Part shown: positions 41,403-51,640 of the stretch, piece by piece
How the letters are laid out: every line of letters begins with the position of its first letter
Position numbering within the stretch: position 1 is the stretch's first letter
Assembly (NCBI GenBank): GCA_963798485.1
Contig: CAWCTR010000008.1
Span: 64,001-128,000 of the forward strand
Source: an uncultured delta proteobacterium
Lineage (GTDB): Bacteria > Desulfobacterota > Desulfomonilia > UBA1062
Reading direction: 5' to 3'
DNA: 64,000 bases
The notes under the pieces: generated by a model
The model's input: the letters and a program-made list of their open reading frames with translations, nothing else
Told to the model about the DNA's origin: nothing
The model's database searches: none
Program-made: the position numbers and the translations under genes

Positions 41403-42017
41403 CTAGGGAATGGAGAGCAGTATGGGAACGATCCCGGTTTTCTGCAAGTACCCAAGGAAATGGATAAGGATGAAGGCCAGCGGGAACCACATGACGCTGA
41501 ATAACGCCCGCCTGAAGAGCCGTGCATCAACCGGATATTCCTTGGGCTCATGGAAGAGGGATAACTTCGGAGTGAATGACGGCACGACAGAGCAGTATTG
41601 CCTGAAGCTTTCGCCGTGGACCTGGGCCAGGTGCTTTTCCTCAGCCCGGATAACCAGGGGGTAGTAGACGGCAAAGGCCAGCAGGATGGAGCCTGAGACG
41701 AGGATGCTCGTGGAGAGGAGGCAGATACCCAATGCCCCGCAGAGGCTGAAGAAGTACAAGGGATTTCTCATGATGGAATAGGGCCCCTCGGTGATCAGGT
41801 CTTTGGTCTTGTGGCCGCTGATATAACTCAAGGCCCAGAGCCTGCCGAATGCAGCGAACAGGACCAGGACAAAGGCCAGCAGCTCGCTTGCCATATGTGC
41901 TGCCAACCCCGGCTGCCAGACGGACCTCGAGAAGATCATAAGCAGCACCACGCAGCCGATAAACACCCGTGAAAGAAGGATACGGTTCTTTTTCGTGAAG
42001 GAAAGTATCTTTTTCAT
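41403..42017 (-). CDS. ICMT/PEMT-family membrane methyltransferase
   Basis: LITEGPYSIMRNPLY, EEKHL, YCSVVP. Confidence 0.85.
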   Translation of the reverse strand: MKKILSFTKKNRILLSRVFIGCVVLLMIFSRSVWQPGLAAHMASELLAFVLVLFAAFGRLWALSYISGHKTKDLITEGPYSIMRNPLYFFSLCGALGICLLSTSILVSGSILLAFAVYYPLVIRAEEKHLAQVHGESFRQYCSVVPSFTPKLSLFHEPKEYPVDARLFRRALFSVMWFPLAFILIHFLGYLQKTGIVPILLSIP

Positions 42018-42139
42018 ATAATGGGTGTAGGTTCTAGGATACCTTCCGACTTGTCGTCAACTAATTAATTAGAGTATAACAAGCCAATTCTTCAGTATTA
42101 AAAATCCAAATTCCTTTTGAGGGGATCAGGAGGGGTATT

Positions 42140-43195
42140 ATGGCCCTACAGGTTGTGATTATGGCAGGGGGAAAAGGGGAGAGGCTCTGGCCGGTATCAT
42201 CTGCACAGATGCCGAAACAGCTTATCCCGTTCGAAGGCGATAAGAGCCTGCTCAGGACAACTTTTGAGCGGTCGCTCGATCTTGCGCCGGCTGAGAATAT
42301 TTATGTAGTTACCTCCAGGGACCTGGCCGCCAAGGTCGCGGAAGAGGTCCCGGAGATCCCATCAGGCAATATCCTTGCCGAACCCGTAGGGCGCAATACT
42401 GCGCCATGCATCGGGTATGCGGCCGTGGTCATCTCGAAGAAGGACCCTGATGCAATGATGGCCGTATTTCCATCAGACCACATCATCCGGGAACCGGCCA
42501 AATTGAAAGAGGCGATACTCTTCGGCGCCAAGGCGCTGCACTCGCATCCGGACCTCCTTATAACCTTAGGTGTTGTGCCTGAGCGGCCCGAGACAGGGTA
42601 TGGGTATATCGCACCTGAGGTCGTCCTGTTGAGCCAGGGCGGTCTCACCCTTAAAAGGGTGAAGTCTTTTCATGAAAAACCTGCCCGGATTCTTGCCGAG
42701 CAGTACCTCAAGAGTGGGTACCTATGGAATGCAGGCATGTTCCTCTGGCGGGTGGACACCATCCTTGACATGTTCTCCCGCTACATGGCCGATCTTTCCG
42801 GCGAACTCATGAAGCTTAAATCTTCTCTTGATAGCGATCCTGATTGCGTCGAACGTTTCTACCTGGCCGCACCAAAGGTCTCCATCGACTATGGTATTAT
42901 GGAAAAGGCATCCCGGGTGGCCGTGATACCGGTGGACTTCGGCTGGAGCGATGTGGGCAGCTGGGATGCCATGGGGAACCTGTTCATGACGGATGCCAAG
43001 GGGAATACCATACGGGGTTCCGGGGAGCTTGTAGATGCCGAGCGAAATGTCATCTGGTCCACGGACAAGCATATCGTGCTCATCGGGGTAAACGACCTTG
43101 TAGTGGTGGAAGGGCCTGATGCAATCCTTGTATGCCCGAGGGCATGGTCCCAGCAGGTGGGTGCCATGGCCAAGAAATATTCAAAGGGTGATTAA
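42140..43195 (+). CDS. manC: mannose-1-phosphate guanylyltransferase
   Basis: MAGGKGERLWP, EPVGRNTAP, SIDYGIMEK, WSDVGSW; no cupin isomerase domain. Confidence 0.92.
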   Translation: MALQVVIMAGGKGERLWPVSSAQMPKQLIPFEGDKSLLRTTFERSLDLAPAENIYVVTSRDLAAKVAEEVPEIPSGNILAEPVGRNTAPCIGYAAVVISKKDPDAMMAVFPSDHIIREPAKLKEAILFGAKALHSHPDLLITLGVVPERPETGYGYIAPEVVLLSQGGLTLKRVKSFHEKPARILAEQYLKSGYLWNAGMFLWRVDTILDMFSRYMADLSGELMKLKSSLDSDPDCVERFYLAAPKVSIDYGIMEKASRVAVIPVDFGWSDVGSWDAMGNLFMTDAKGNTIRGSGELVDAERNVIWSTDKHIVLIGVNDLVVVEGPDAILVCPRAWSQQVGAMAKKYSKGD

Positions 43196-43361
43196 ACTTA
43201 TAGCGAATCATTATAATGCGTTAAAAGCCAGGCATCAGAACAAGGAAAACCCTTCCCTTAAGATTATAGTTTCCTTCTCAAAAAGCCGAAGAGAAGGGAG
43301 ATCAGTTCAAAGAAAATGGTGTGGAAAATGCACATTGTTTAAGGTAAAGGTACCAGATTAG

Positions 43362-44111
43362 ATGAAGATCGAAATCCTCGGCTGCAGCGGATCGGTGATG
43401 CAGGGCTTCAACACGACCAGCATCCTGATCAACAACAAGATCCTGATTGATGCAGGGTCTGTTATGTCCGTGCTCCCCGATAGCGCGCTCGAGGGGATCA
43501 GGAACATCCTGATCACACATCCGCACATAGACCATATCAAGGAACTTCCGTTCCTGGTGGATGCGCTCTTCGGCCAGAAGGCCCAAGGGATCCGGATCAT
43601 GGGCAGCCGGGCAACCATCGAGGCCTTAAAGGCGCATGTCTTTAACGGACTCATATGGCCCGACATGGCCGAGCTTGATACCGACAGGTCATTTTTAAGC
43701 CTTGAGCCTGTACCGCAGGACTGGTTCGACCTTGAGGGTATCCGTATTATGGCCTTTGCGGAAAACCATATAGACGGCTCATTGGGCTATGTGCTCTGCG
43801 AAGAAGGCAAGTATGCCCTGTTCACCGGGGATACCGGGTCCCATAAGGACCTCTTCGATCTCATCAAATCTCTCGGTTCCGACTTGAAGGCATGCTTTGT
43901 GGAGGCATCCTTCCCAAGCTCAATGGGCGCTATCGCTGCAATCACCCAACACCTGACTCCCGAACTGATCATGAAAGGCTTAAACGGTGTCCTTTCTCCC
44001 TCCACCCGGGTAATCATCTACCATATCAAGCCCAAGCATATGGAAGAGGTCGTAGCCGAGCTGCCAAAAAGGTACGAATATATCCGAGGGGGGGAGGTAA
44101 TAACCATTTGA
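43362..44111 (+). CDS. MBL-fold class II cyclic-nucleotide phosphodiesterase-like protein
   Basis: ILGCSG, IDAGS, THPHIDHI, FNGLIWPD, TGDTG. Confidence 0.78.
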   Translation: MKIEILGCSGSVMQGFNTTSILINNKILIDAGSVMSVLPDSALEGIRNILITHPHIDHIKELPFLVDALFGQKAQGIRIMGSRATIEALKAHVFNGLIWPDMAELDTDRSFLSLEPVPQDWFDLEGIRIMAFAENHIDGSLGYVLCEEGKYALFTGDTGSHKDLFDLIKSLGSDLKACFVEASFPSSMGAIAAITQHLTPELIMKGLNGVLSPSTRVIIYHIKPKHMEEVVAELPKRYEYIRGGEVITI

Positions 44112-44857
44112 CAGAGGTATTAGATATCGCCAAAAAGGACGGGAGATGGTCCGAGTGCCCTTCCTGTTCCGAGATAATCATAACATCCAAACTGCAAGAA
44201 AATAAGCTGGTCTGCCCCCACTGTGATTTTCACATGCGCATGAACGCGAAGGACCGGATAGCCCTTATCTGCGATGAGGGTTCGTTTGTTGAGATCGAGC
44301 CTGCCGCAATGCGGTCAGAGGAGCTCTCCTCTTCTTCCGATGATGCGCTGAAGTGCGGCCGGGCAATGATCCTCAGACAACCTTGCGTGTTAGGCGTCAT
44401 GGATTTTTCCTTTAAGGGCGGGTCCATGGGTGTGACTGTCGGCCAGACCATTGTGGACCTGATGCATAATGCCCAGCGCAAACAGATCCCCTTTGTGGTT
44501 TTCTGCGCCTCGGGCGGGGTGAGGGTTCAGGAGGGTATATGGGGCCTGCTCCAGATGCTCCGCACGGTCCATGCAAGGGCGTTGACCGGGGATGTCCCCA
44601 TGATCACCATATTCACCGATCCTACGACAGGCGGCGTCAGTGCAAGTTTTGCAGGATTATCGGATATCATGCTTGCAGAGCCCGGCGCACGGATCGGCTT
44701 CGCCGGACCACGTGTCATAGAAGCTACCATGAGCTGCACACTGCCACCGGACTTTCAGGATGCGAGTCGCTTGATGGCGAACGGTTTCATTGATATGATC
44801 GTGCACCGTCACCGGTTGCGCGAGGTTCTCGCCTTCTTCCTGAAATGGTTCTCTTAA
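44108..44857 (+). CDS. accD: acetyl-CoA carboxylase carboxyltransferase beta subunit
   Basis: Zn finger CPSC...CPHC, GGSMG, SGGVRVQEG, PTTGGVSASFA, GFAGPRVIE; TTG start overlapping the upstream stop. Confidence 0.92.
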   Translation: MTEVLDIAKKDGRWSECPSCSEIIITSKLQENKLVCPHCDFHMRMNAKDRIALICDEGSFVEIEPAAMRSEELSSSSDDALKCGRAMILRQPCVLGVMDFSFKGGSMGVTVGQTIVDLMHNAQRKQIPFVVFCASGGVRVQEGIWGLLQMLRTVHARALTGDVPMITIFTDPTTGGVSASFAGLSDIMLAEPGARIGFAGPRVIEATMSCTLPPDFQDASRLMANGFIDMIVHRHRLREVLAFFLKWFS

Positions 44858-45999
44858 GTGTCGATCAGCACAAGTGGTCCTTTGGCCTTGAGAGGGTAAG
44901 AAGGGCTCTTGATACCCTTGACCACCCGGAACGCGCGTATCCCCATGTTCTCGTAGCCGGGACCAACGGCAAAGGTTCCACCTGTATCTATCTCGAGAAG
45001 ATCCTTATGAGCACCGGACGCCGTGTCGGAACGACCATATCCCCCCATGTGAGCAGGTTCACGGAAAGGTTCAGGATCAATGGAAAAGAGGTAAGCCATC
45101 ATGAGCTGAAAAGACTACGCGAAGAGCTGGAAACCCTTGTCGGCAGTTTCAACCTCACCTATTTCGAATGGTGCGTGATCCTTGCCGCCCAGCTGTTTGC
45201 CAGGAACAAGATAGATGTGGGCATCTTCGAGGTCGGGCTTGGAGGCAGGTATGATGCATCCAATGCCCTGGACCCTGCCGTCTCGATTATAACCGGCATA
45301 TCCATAGACCATACCGACTACCTCGGTAACACAATAGCGGCTATTGCCGGAGAGAAGGCTTTGATAGCAAGGCCCGGCAGGCCCCTTGTTTCATCAGCCA
45401 CGGATGATGCCCTTCAGGTGATCAAGGACCATGCACGCTCTATCGGTGCACAGCTGTATGTGATGAATGATCCGATCGAATCGGCTGTAGCCTTGGCCGG
45501 GGGGCCTCAAAAGGATAATGCGGCGCTGGCTTTACAGGCCGCACATCTCCTTGGAGTCTTTGCCGGAGAACCGGCGCTGACCCATGCCCTTATGACCTCA
45601 TTCCTTCCGGGCAGGATTGAAAAGGTGGGCCCACATATCATCATGGATGTGGCGCACAATCCCTCATCTATGCTAGTCCTTGTGGAGCACTTGAAGAATA
45701 ACGGCTTTGATGGGGTGGCGGTTGCGGGTATCTTGTCCGATAAGGACTACCTGACGATCATCACGACATTGAAAGAAGTATGCTCCCACCTCTTCATAGC
45801 CCCGGTGCGATCGCCGAGATCGTGGGGAGAACCCGAAATGAGGCGTGTGGAGGCATTAGGCGGTGTCACGGTATTCAAAAGCATCACGCAGGCCTTTACT
45901 GAAGCGATTCAGACCGGATTACCCGTTGTGGTCACGGGTTCATTCTATACCGTAGGAGAGGTAAGGGAACTGCTCATATGCCCAGGCTGGTCTTCCTGA
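44845..45999 (+). CDS. folC: folylpolyglutamate/dihydrofolate synthase
   Basis: VAGTNGKGST, EVGLGGRYDASN, DVAHNP, TGSFY. Confidence 0.93.
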   Translation: MVLLSVDQHKWSFGLERVRRALDTLDHPERAYPHVLVAGTNGKGSTCIYLEKILMSTGRRVGTTISPHVSRFTERFRINGKEVSHHELKRLREELETLVGSFNLTYFEWCVILAAQLFARNKIDVGIFEVGLGGRYDASNALDPAVSIITGISIDHTDYLGNTIAAIAGEKALIARPGRPLVSSATDDALQVIKDHARSIGAQLYVMNDPIESAVALAGGPQKDNAALALQAAHLLGVFAGEPALTHALMTSFLPGRIEKVGPHIIMDVAHNPSSMLVLVEHLKNNGFDGVAVAGILSDKDYLTIITTLKEVCSHLFIAPVRSPRSWGEPEMRRVEALGGVTVFKSITQAFTEAIQTGLPVVVTGSFYTVGEVRELLICPGWSS

Positions 46000-48089
46000 T
46001 TGTCCTGATCTGTTTTTTCCTTCATGGGATTGCCGTGGCAAAGATGCTCAATGTGGAAGCGGATGATGTGCTCAAGATCGGCCAGCGCATAGAGGCATAC
46101 GGTAACGTTGTGGTAACGGGAGAGGAGCTCACCTTAAAGGCCGATTACATTGTCTACGATACCTCAACGGAAGATATCTGGGCCACAGGGGACTGCACCA
46201 TGAAGGAGGCCAAGGGAGAGGTCAAGTCCGATTCTCTTTCCTATAATGCCATGAGAAAAGACCTGCATATCCAAAACGGGACGATTTTCAGCTATAACCA
46301 GGCCATGACCATATCAGGAGAATCCATCACACGCTATGGTGACGATTATATTACCGGAGAATCCGTTGAATTCACCCACTGCCTTGGGACCCCGCCCGAC
46401 TGGTCCATTGCCGCCGATGAGCTTGAGGTCCCGGTGGGGGGGTATGGAAACGCACAGGATGCACGGTTCAAGGTCAGGTCATGGCCCCTCTTATGGAGTC
46501 CGTATCTTTTTTTCCCGGCCGACCTCGACCGTCACTCCGGACTGCTTTTCCCTGAGATAAGCCATGGGTCGGATTATGGCTATCGCCTTGGCTTGCCTGC
46601 ATATATCGTACTTGGCAGGTCAATCGACTGGACCATCACCCCTACCTGGCTTTCGGATCGAGGCTTGCTCATGAAAAACGAATTGAGGTACTGCAAAGAT
46701 TACGATCAGAACGGTCTCATCTATTTCGAGACCCTTCATGACAAGCTTGGAGGGGAAAAAGGGAATGGAGGTGTGCTGCAAACTGTTCCCTTCGACAGAT
46801 GGTTTGTCAAGACAGAACAGAGCGGTGGTAACCTGAACTGGGATATCAACCTGGTGAATAATGTTGACTACTTCAGGGACATAGGTACATTTTATGATTC
46901 GAAATACCTAACAGAATCGATGCCGGGCGGTGATGTAAATCAGCTTGATGATTCAAATCTTACAGAACTTATATCCAGGCTCCAGTGGGTGAATTCATAT
47001 AAGGGAGTTTCCTTGGCCTTATCCGGTCAATGGAAACAGGACTTAACCCAGAAAGACAACGGAACCACCCTCCAGGAGCTCCCCAAGATTACCGCAAGGG
47101 TGAGGGAGCAAAATATACCGTATACCCCCCTTCAGATATCAGCAGAGGCTGACTCCACAAGACTTTACACTCTTGCTTCCATAGAGGCCTTAAAAGATAA
47201 TGCCCAAACCGAGATCTCATGGCCTCTGAATGTATTTCCATACTTCACCTTCAGGCCATATGTGACGGAATTCTATCGCGACACATTGTTCTCCGAGACA
47301 AAGGATCTTTTTCCTGATTCAACCTATCAGGAGCATTGGGAAGAGCGGGGTGCATCACTATCGACAACACTTTACAGCTCCAGGTTTGCAGGAGGGTTGT
47401 ATCATCAGGTGATACCGGCGATATCATGGGCACACTTATCCCGAATCGGGGGTAACTATAATCTGCTTGATCCTAACGATACCTTCCCGCAACTCCTCAC
47501 CGGCGATGACTGGGAGAAGACCTCTAACATGGATTTAAGTCTATCCAATTATCTTCGGAACGCCCAAGGCGCATCGTTGGCTGATTTGAGTGTTGACAGC
47601 TATTACAGTTACCTCACAAAACAATGGAACGATATCAATGTGAGAGCAAACCTCCATCCATTCTCCTGGCTGAGTGCATCCCATACCAATATTTTTAGCA
47701 GGGCGCCGGGTAGTCCATATGCTACATCAGAACATTCAACAAGGCTTTCATTGACTGATACGGGGGGAGATGTGGTAACCTTTGGGGAGGAATATCACAG
47801 GCCGGACACAAAGCTCATTACTGCGGGCATTCAGGAAACGCTGACGAAAGGGTTTGTGGCCGGATGTGAAGTAAAGTTCAACTCCATAGACCATAAGCTC
47901 GACGACCAGACGCAAACCATTGGCTATAACTCTCAGTGCTGGGCCGTCATTGCCGAAAGACGAGTGGTGGCGCAAGGGAGTATCACTCCCAGGAAGACTA
48001 CATGGTCGCTGAATGTGAAACTTCTCGGCATGGGAGACCTTATACGTTCGGGTCAGAGTAATACTAATACAGGGGCAACTCAAAAATGA
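45978..48089 (+). CDS. lptD: LPS assembly protein LptD
   Basis: Signal peptide, OstA-like N-terminus, RHSGLLFP, C-terminal YNSQCW and LLGMG. Confidence 0.85.
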   Translation: MPRLVFLIVLICFFLHGIAVAKMLNVEADDVLKIGQRIEAYGNVVVTGEELTLKADYIVYDTSTEDIWATGDCTMKEAKGEVKSDSLSYNAMRKDLHIQNGTIFSYNQAMTISGESITRYGDDYITGESVEFTHCLGTPPDWSIAADELEVPVGGYGNAQDARFKVRSWPLLWSPYLFFPADLDRHSGLLFPEISHGSDYGYRLGLPAYIVLGRSIDWTITPTWLSDRGLLMKNELRYCKDYDQNGLIYFETLHDKLGGEKGNGGVLQTVPFDRWFVKTEQSGGNLNWDINLVNNVDYFRDIGTFYDSKYLTESMPGGDVNQLDDSNLTELISRLQWVNSYKGVSLALSGQWKQDLTQKDNGTTLQELPKITARVREQNIPYTPLQISAEADSTRLYTLASIEALKDNAQTEISWPLNVFPYFTFRPYVTEFYRDTLFSETKDLFPDSTYQEHWEERGASLSTTLYSSRFAGGLYHQVIPAISWAHLSRIGGNYNLLDPNDTFPQLLTGDDWEKTSNMDLSLSNYLRNAQGASLADLSVDSYYSYLTKQWNDINVRANLHPFSWLSASHTNIFSRAPGSPYATSEHSTRLSLTDTGGDVVTFGEEYHRPDTKLITAGIQETLTKGFVAGCEVKFNSIDHKLDDQTQTIGYNSQCWAVIAERRVVAQGSITPRKTTWSLNVKLLGMGDLIRSGQSNTNTGATQK

Positions 48090-48133
48090 TTCCCTATGAA
48101 AGATGCAATGTAGACTTGGAAGGCCTTGTGAAC

Positions 48134-49204
48134 TTAAACCTGATACCGCTCAATCAGGCGCTCTATGGCCGATGAGGTCTCCTGGGAGATTACGGACCTG
48201 TTGATAAGCAGTATGAGGGCGAAAATTTTGAAAGGAAAGAGCAGAACCAGCCTGCCCTGGTCGATAAACGTCACCTTTTTTGGCCTGGTGGGGCAGAGTT
48301 CGCCGAGCGCCTCGGGAAGGCTCATATAGAATTTTGCAACATAAGGAATATTAATTTCCTTACCGATGTTGCCGCTCTGGTAGAGGATTTCCTGAGCGGA
48401 TATCATCAAGGCGATGCCTGTACATTCATTGAGGGATGAGAGATTTTTCACAAGCGTACGTGTGGATTCGTCCACCGGCGCTGTATCGCTGTCCTCGATC
48501 TCGCCGCGTTCCAGGGCCAGGCTCATCTCGTCGGCGCGCCGCATGCCCTCTATGAGAAGGTATTCCCAATTTGTGGAGATGGAGTTCCTGGGCGCCTTCG
48601 TGCCGCCCACGAACTTGAAATTTCCTGTGGACCATGACAGGATGGTAAAAAGGGCCTCTTCCCCTTCGATGGCCCCCACCTCGGAGTGGGTGATCTGGCC
48701 GTCTTCAAAATAGATGCAGCCCTTGCGATCGTCCTTTTTTACAAAGAGGGCCGTGGTCATCTGGCTCAGGCAGTTCATCTGGATAAGGTCCGGCAGCTGC
48801 AGGCCGGTGATGCTTCCTGCAAACCCGCGTGCAGAATCCTCCTTGAGGGCCTTGAGGATGAGCCCCCTCATCTGTTCTATTTCAAAGGGTTTTTCGATGT
48901 AGAAAAGAGAGCCCCTCGCCTTGGCCTTTTCCTTAACATTTATCGACCCATAGGCAGTCATCATAATAACCTTTGTAGCAGGCTTCTTTTCCTTGATCTT
49001 TACCAGGACATCCAGCCCGCTTATGCCCGGAAGCCTGATATCAAGCACTACGACATCGAAGGCGTGTTCTTCAAAAACACTAAGCGCGGTTTCTCCATCG
49101 TTCACCGTTGTCACTTCGTAGGTTTCACGGTCATGTGCAAGCGATTTTGCCAGTGACCAGGTCAGGGTTTCTTCGTCGTCTACGATGAGTACCTGCTTGG
49201 GCAT
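48134..49204 (-). CDS. response regulator: REC + DUF4388/PATAN + Roadblock-like C-terminus
   Basis: VLIVDDE, LDIRLPGISG, MTAYG, KPF; FAGSITGLQLPDLIQM...GCIYFEDGQITH...WSTGNFKF. Confidence 0.85.
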   Translation of the reverse strand: MPKQVLIVDDEETLTWSLAKSLAHDRETYEVTTVNDGETALSVFEEHAFDVVVLDIRLPGISGLDVLVKIKEKKPATKVIMMTAYGSINVKEKAKARGSLFYIEKPFEIEQMRGLILKALKEDSARGFAGSITGLQLPDLIQMNCLSQMTTALFVKKDDRKGCIYFEDGQITHSEVGAIEGEEALFTILSWSTGNFKFVGGTKAPRNSISTNWEYLLIEGMRRADEMSLALERGEIEDSDTAPVDESTRTLVKNLSSLNECTGIALMISAQEILYQSGNIGKEINIPYVAKFYMSLPEALGELCPTRPKKVTFIDQGRLVLLFPFKIFALILLINRSVISQETSSAIERLIERYQV

Positions 49205-49205
49205 G

Positions 49206-49955
49206 CTATCTCCTCGAGATCCTCTCAAGGGCCATTTCCAAAGAGGTCTTTAAACGGAGATATGATTCGGTGAATGATTCCATCTCTTTGCTCTTTGTTG
49301 CTTCAATCTCATGTTTGAAATCGCCCAGGCTCAAGGCCTCTAAGGCATCGAGCGCATGGCGGGTCGGGGCTGCAACGGTCCTGGTTATGACATACGCTAT
49401 CAATATAGCTATGCACGATCCGATAATCAAGAAGATGCCCAATATCGTTAAAATGCTCGACAATGCATCTTTGATCTGTTTGTTGTGCTCCGAAAATAGG
49501 GCATTTTCCCATGCCTTTGGCTTCAAGGCAATGATGGACTGTTCGGCATTGAGCGGTTGAACCACCACCATGAATTCTTTGGAGCTCACTGTTGATGGTT
49601 TCTCGGATTTTATCGCATTTATGATTTTATCCGCCTGGTCCAGAAGATCAGGGTGTTTGTACAGGGCGACACCTTTGTGGGCCGCGTTCGTGGAAGAGAC
49701 AAGCTGAAGATCACTGTTGTTCACCACAAAGATCTCGGCCCATGATTCGGGCAGCCTCAAGGTATCTATCTTTTCAGGGGGGATTGATGATAATATCCAC
49801 GTCAGGATCTTTGAATCCTCTTTAAAGAGAGAATCCGTCAGCGGGTCCAGATTCACCTTCTGCACGGAGCGCACCTGGGTGAAAATGAGTATTGATGAAA
49901 GCGCCAACATAACCACAGCACCAATGCACACTATGAAAAATACCTTTATCTTCAT
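49206..49955 (-). CDS. membrane protein with periplasmic domain and terminal HAMP, no output domain
   Basis: Two TMs; PTRHALDALEALSLGDF...EMESFTESYLRLKTSL HAMP at the C-terminus. Confidence 0.75.
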   Translation of the reverse strand: MKIKVFFIVCIGAVVMLALSSILIFTQVRSVQKVNLDPLTDSLFKEDSKILTWILSSIPPEKIDTLRLPESWAEIFVVNNSDLQLVSSTNAAHKGVALYKHPDLLDQADKIINAIKSEKPSTVSSKEFMVVVQPLNAEQSIIALKPKAWENALFSEHNKQIKDALSSILTILGIFLIIGSCIAILIAYVITRTVAAPTRHALDALEALSLGDFKHEIEATKSKEMESFTESYLRLKTSLEMALERISRR

Positions 49956-49961
49956 GGGAGA

Positions 49962-50768
49962 TCAAACCTCCGCCTTGAGCCAGTCTGTCATGGCATCTAA
50001 GAATTTCAAGGACATCTTTTCACTGGGTATCTTGCTGGAGAGCGTTTCAATGAGGAATGCCTTCTGATCCGTGCTGTCTGAGAGGAGATCGGCCTTCAGG
50101 TCTTCAGCCGTCTCTACGATGATATAGGGGGCAATGGGCCCCATGGCCTGTGTAAGGGCGCTTCTCAGGGAATTGATGAATTCCGTCTCGGGCAGATTTA
50201 TTGACCGGCGTATCTCCTGGTTGTCCTGCTGGGTTGCATCACGGAGCAAGCCCATCCTGAGCAGGGTGTAGAGAATCTTCATGCAATCCGAGACACCGAG
50301 GTTGATCCCCTGCGCTATGTCGGCTATGGATTTCTTACCGTCGATGGCGGTCAAAACCCTCCACTGAATGGATTTGAGCTGGACCTCCTTGTCTCTGATG
50401 TCCGGTTCCAGGGTGTAGACAGCCGAAGAGGACGGGATGAGTGAGGTGATCTTATCCATCTGGCGTAAATGAGAAGTGGTTTCAGCAAGCACCTCATCAA
50501 TGCCCATGATGACGGTCTGCATGTCTGCAGGTTCATCGACAAAGAAGCGGTATTCGCCGGATGCCCAGACCGCAATCTCCTGGACGGCCTTAATGCCATT
50601 TAAGGAGCCGCACTGGGCATGAATAACCTCTCCGTCAGTGAAAAAGATATTGCCGGAATCGGACCCGTTGGTCAGGTAGAGCCTTCCCGATCGCTTGCCC
50701 AGTGAGAGTATCTTGATGATCTCCGGGCACCGTGTGTTTTCAAGATCGCCGCTGATATCCTGCTTCAT
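49962..50768 (-). CDS. DUF4388/PATAN-domain protein
   Basis: SGDLE...GKRSGRLYL...IFFTDGEVIHA...WASGEYRF; WRVLTAIDGKKSIADIA wHTH. Confidence 0.82.
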   Translation of the reverse strand: MKQDISGDLENTRCPEIIKILSLGKRSGRLYLTNGSDSGNIFFTDGEVIHAQCGSLNGIKAVQEIAVWASGEYRFFVDEPADMQTVIMGIDEVLAETTSHLRQMDKITSLIPSSSAVYTLEPDIRDKEVQLKSIQWRVLTAIDGKKSIADIAQGINLGVSDCMKILYTLLRMGLLRDATQQDNQEIRRSINLPETEFINSLRSALTQAMGPIAPYIIVETAEDLKADLLSDSTDQKAFLIETLSSKIPSEKMSLKFLDAMTDWLKAEV

Positions 50769-50777
50769 ACGTTCTTA

Positions 50778-51098
50778 TTACTCCTTGGTCATATTCGCAA
50801 TAATAAGCTTGCCGGTCATGCGAAGCAGCGCCTGGTTGGCCCTCAGGCTCGATACCACCATCAACATGGTGTCCCCTGAGAGGAAGACCGTAAGCAGCAC
50901 ATCATCCAGGAGGATTTCCACCGTATTTCCAGGGCGGCAGTTGTCTCCGATAAGATCATGATAAAGGAGCCACAACTTGTCTTTTGCCCCTGAAAACTTG
51001 TTTTTTGAAGGCAGCTTAATCTGCATGCTCTTCCCTTGTGCTATGATATAACCCTGCACACCTGGTATCTGCAAGAGGTCTTTTATAGCTCCTTTCAT
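50778..51098 (-). CDS. Roadblock/LC7-like small protein
   Basis: IKDLLQIPGVQGYII and ANQALLRMT resemble Roadblock/MglB-type proteins. Confidence 0.6.
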   Translation of the reverse strand: MKGAIKDLLQIPGVQGYIIAQGKSMQIKLPSKNKFSGAKDKLWLLYHDLIGDNCRPGNTVEILLDDVLLTVFLSGDTMLMVVSSLRANQALLRMTGKLIIANMTKE

Positions 51099-51213
51099 AT
51101 CAATTGCCCTATCGGCAAAGGGGCGTTGTTTCTTTACGTGCAAGGAAACCTCAAGGTTTGCCATGCAGGGCCGATAAGTCATTTATCAAGCAAAATACGG
51201 CAGGATTAAGGGA

Positions 51214-51486
51214 ATGTTTACACAGATACTACGTGCACTAAGAAAATTCTGGTTATGGATGACAGGCAATCCGTTTCAAGGCGTAGAACTTTACCGCATT
51301 AAAGATGAAGACCTGCAATTTGACCCGGATATAGACCGGATTATGCGTGAAAGCGAGCTTGATGAAATCTTCAGGAGCTTCGGAAACCTGGAGGAGTACA
51401 ACAAGGAGTTTGTAGTCTTTTTCAAGGCTCACCGCAGGGAATTCCTTCTCGATTACTCACAAAGAGACGGCCACTTCCGGGTATAG
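51214..51486 (+). CDS. hypothetical protein
   Basis: 90-aa ORF with AAGGGA RBS filling the intergenic space. Confidence 0.5.
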   Translation: MFTQILRALRKFWLWMTGNPFQGVELYRIKDEDLQFDPDIDRIMRESELDEIFRSFGNLEEYNKEFVVFFKAHRREFLLDYSQRDGHFRV

Positions 51487-51640
51487 CGTCAAATCCCCTC
51501 AACAAGACCTCGACCACCTCGTTTCTTTCCACATTTTTATCCTATGTATGCGCACAGGCGTTTCAATGGATTTTGATCCTTGTGATAAGGGCTCTTCTCA
51601 CCTATTATGATAAGTAATTATTGAAATGTAAGGATTATGA

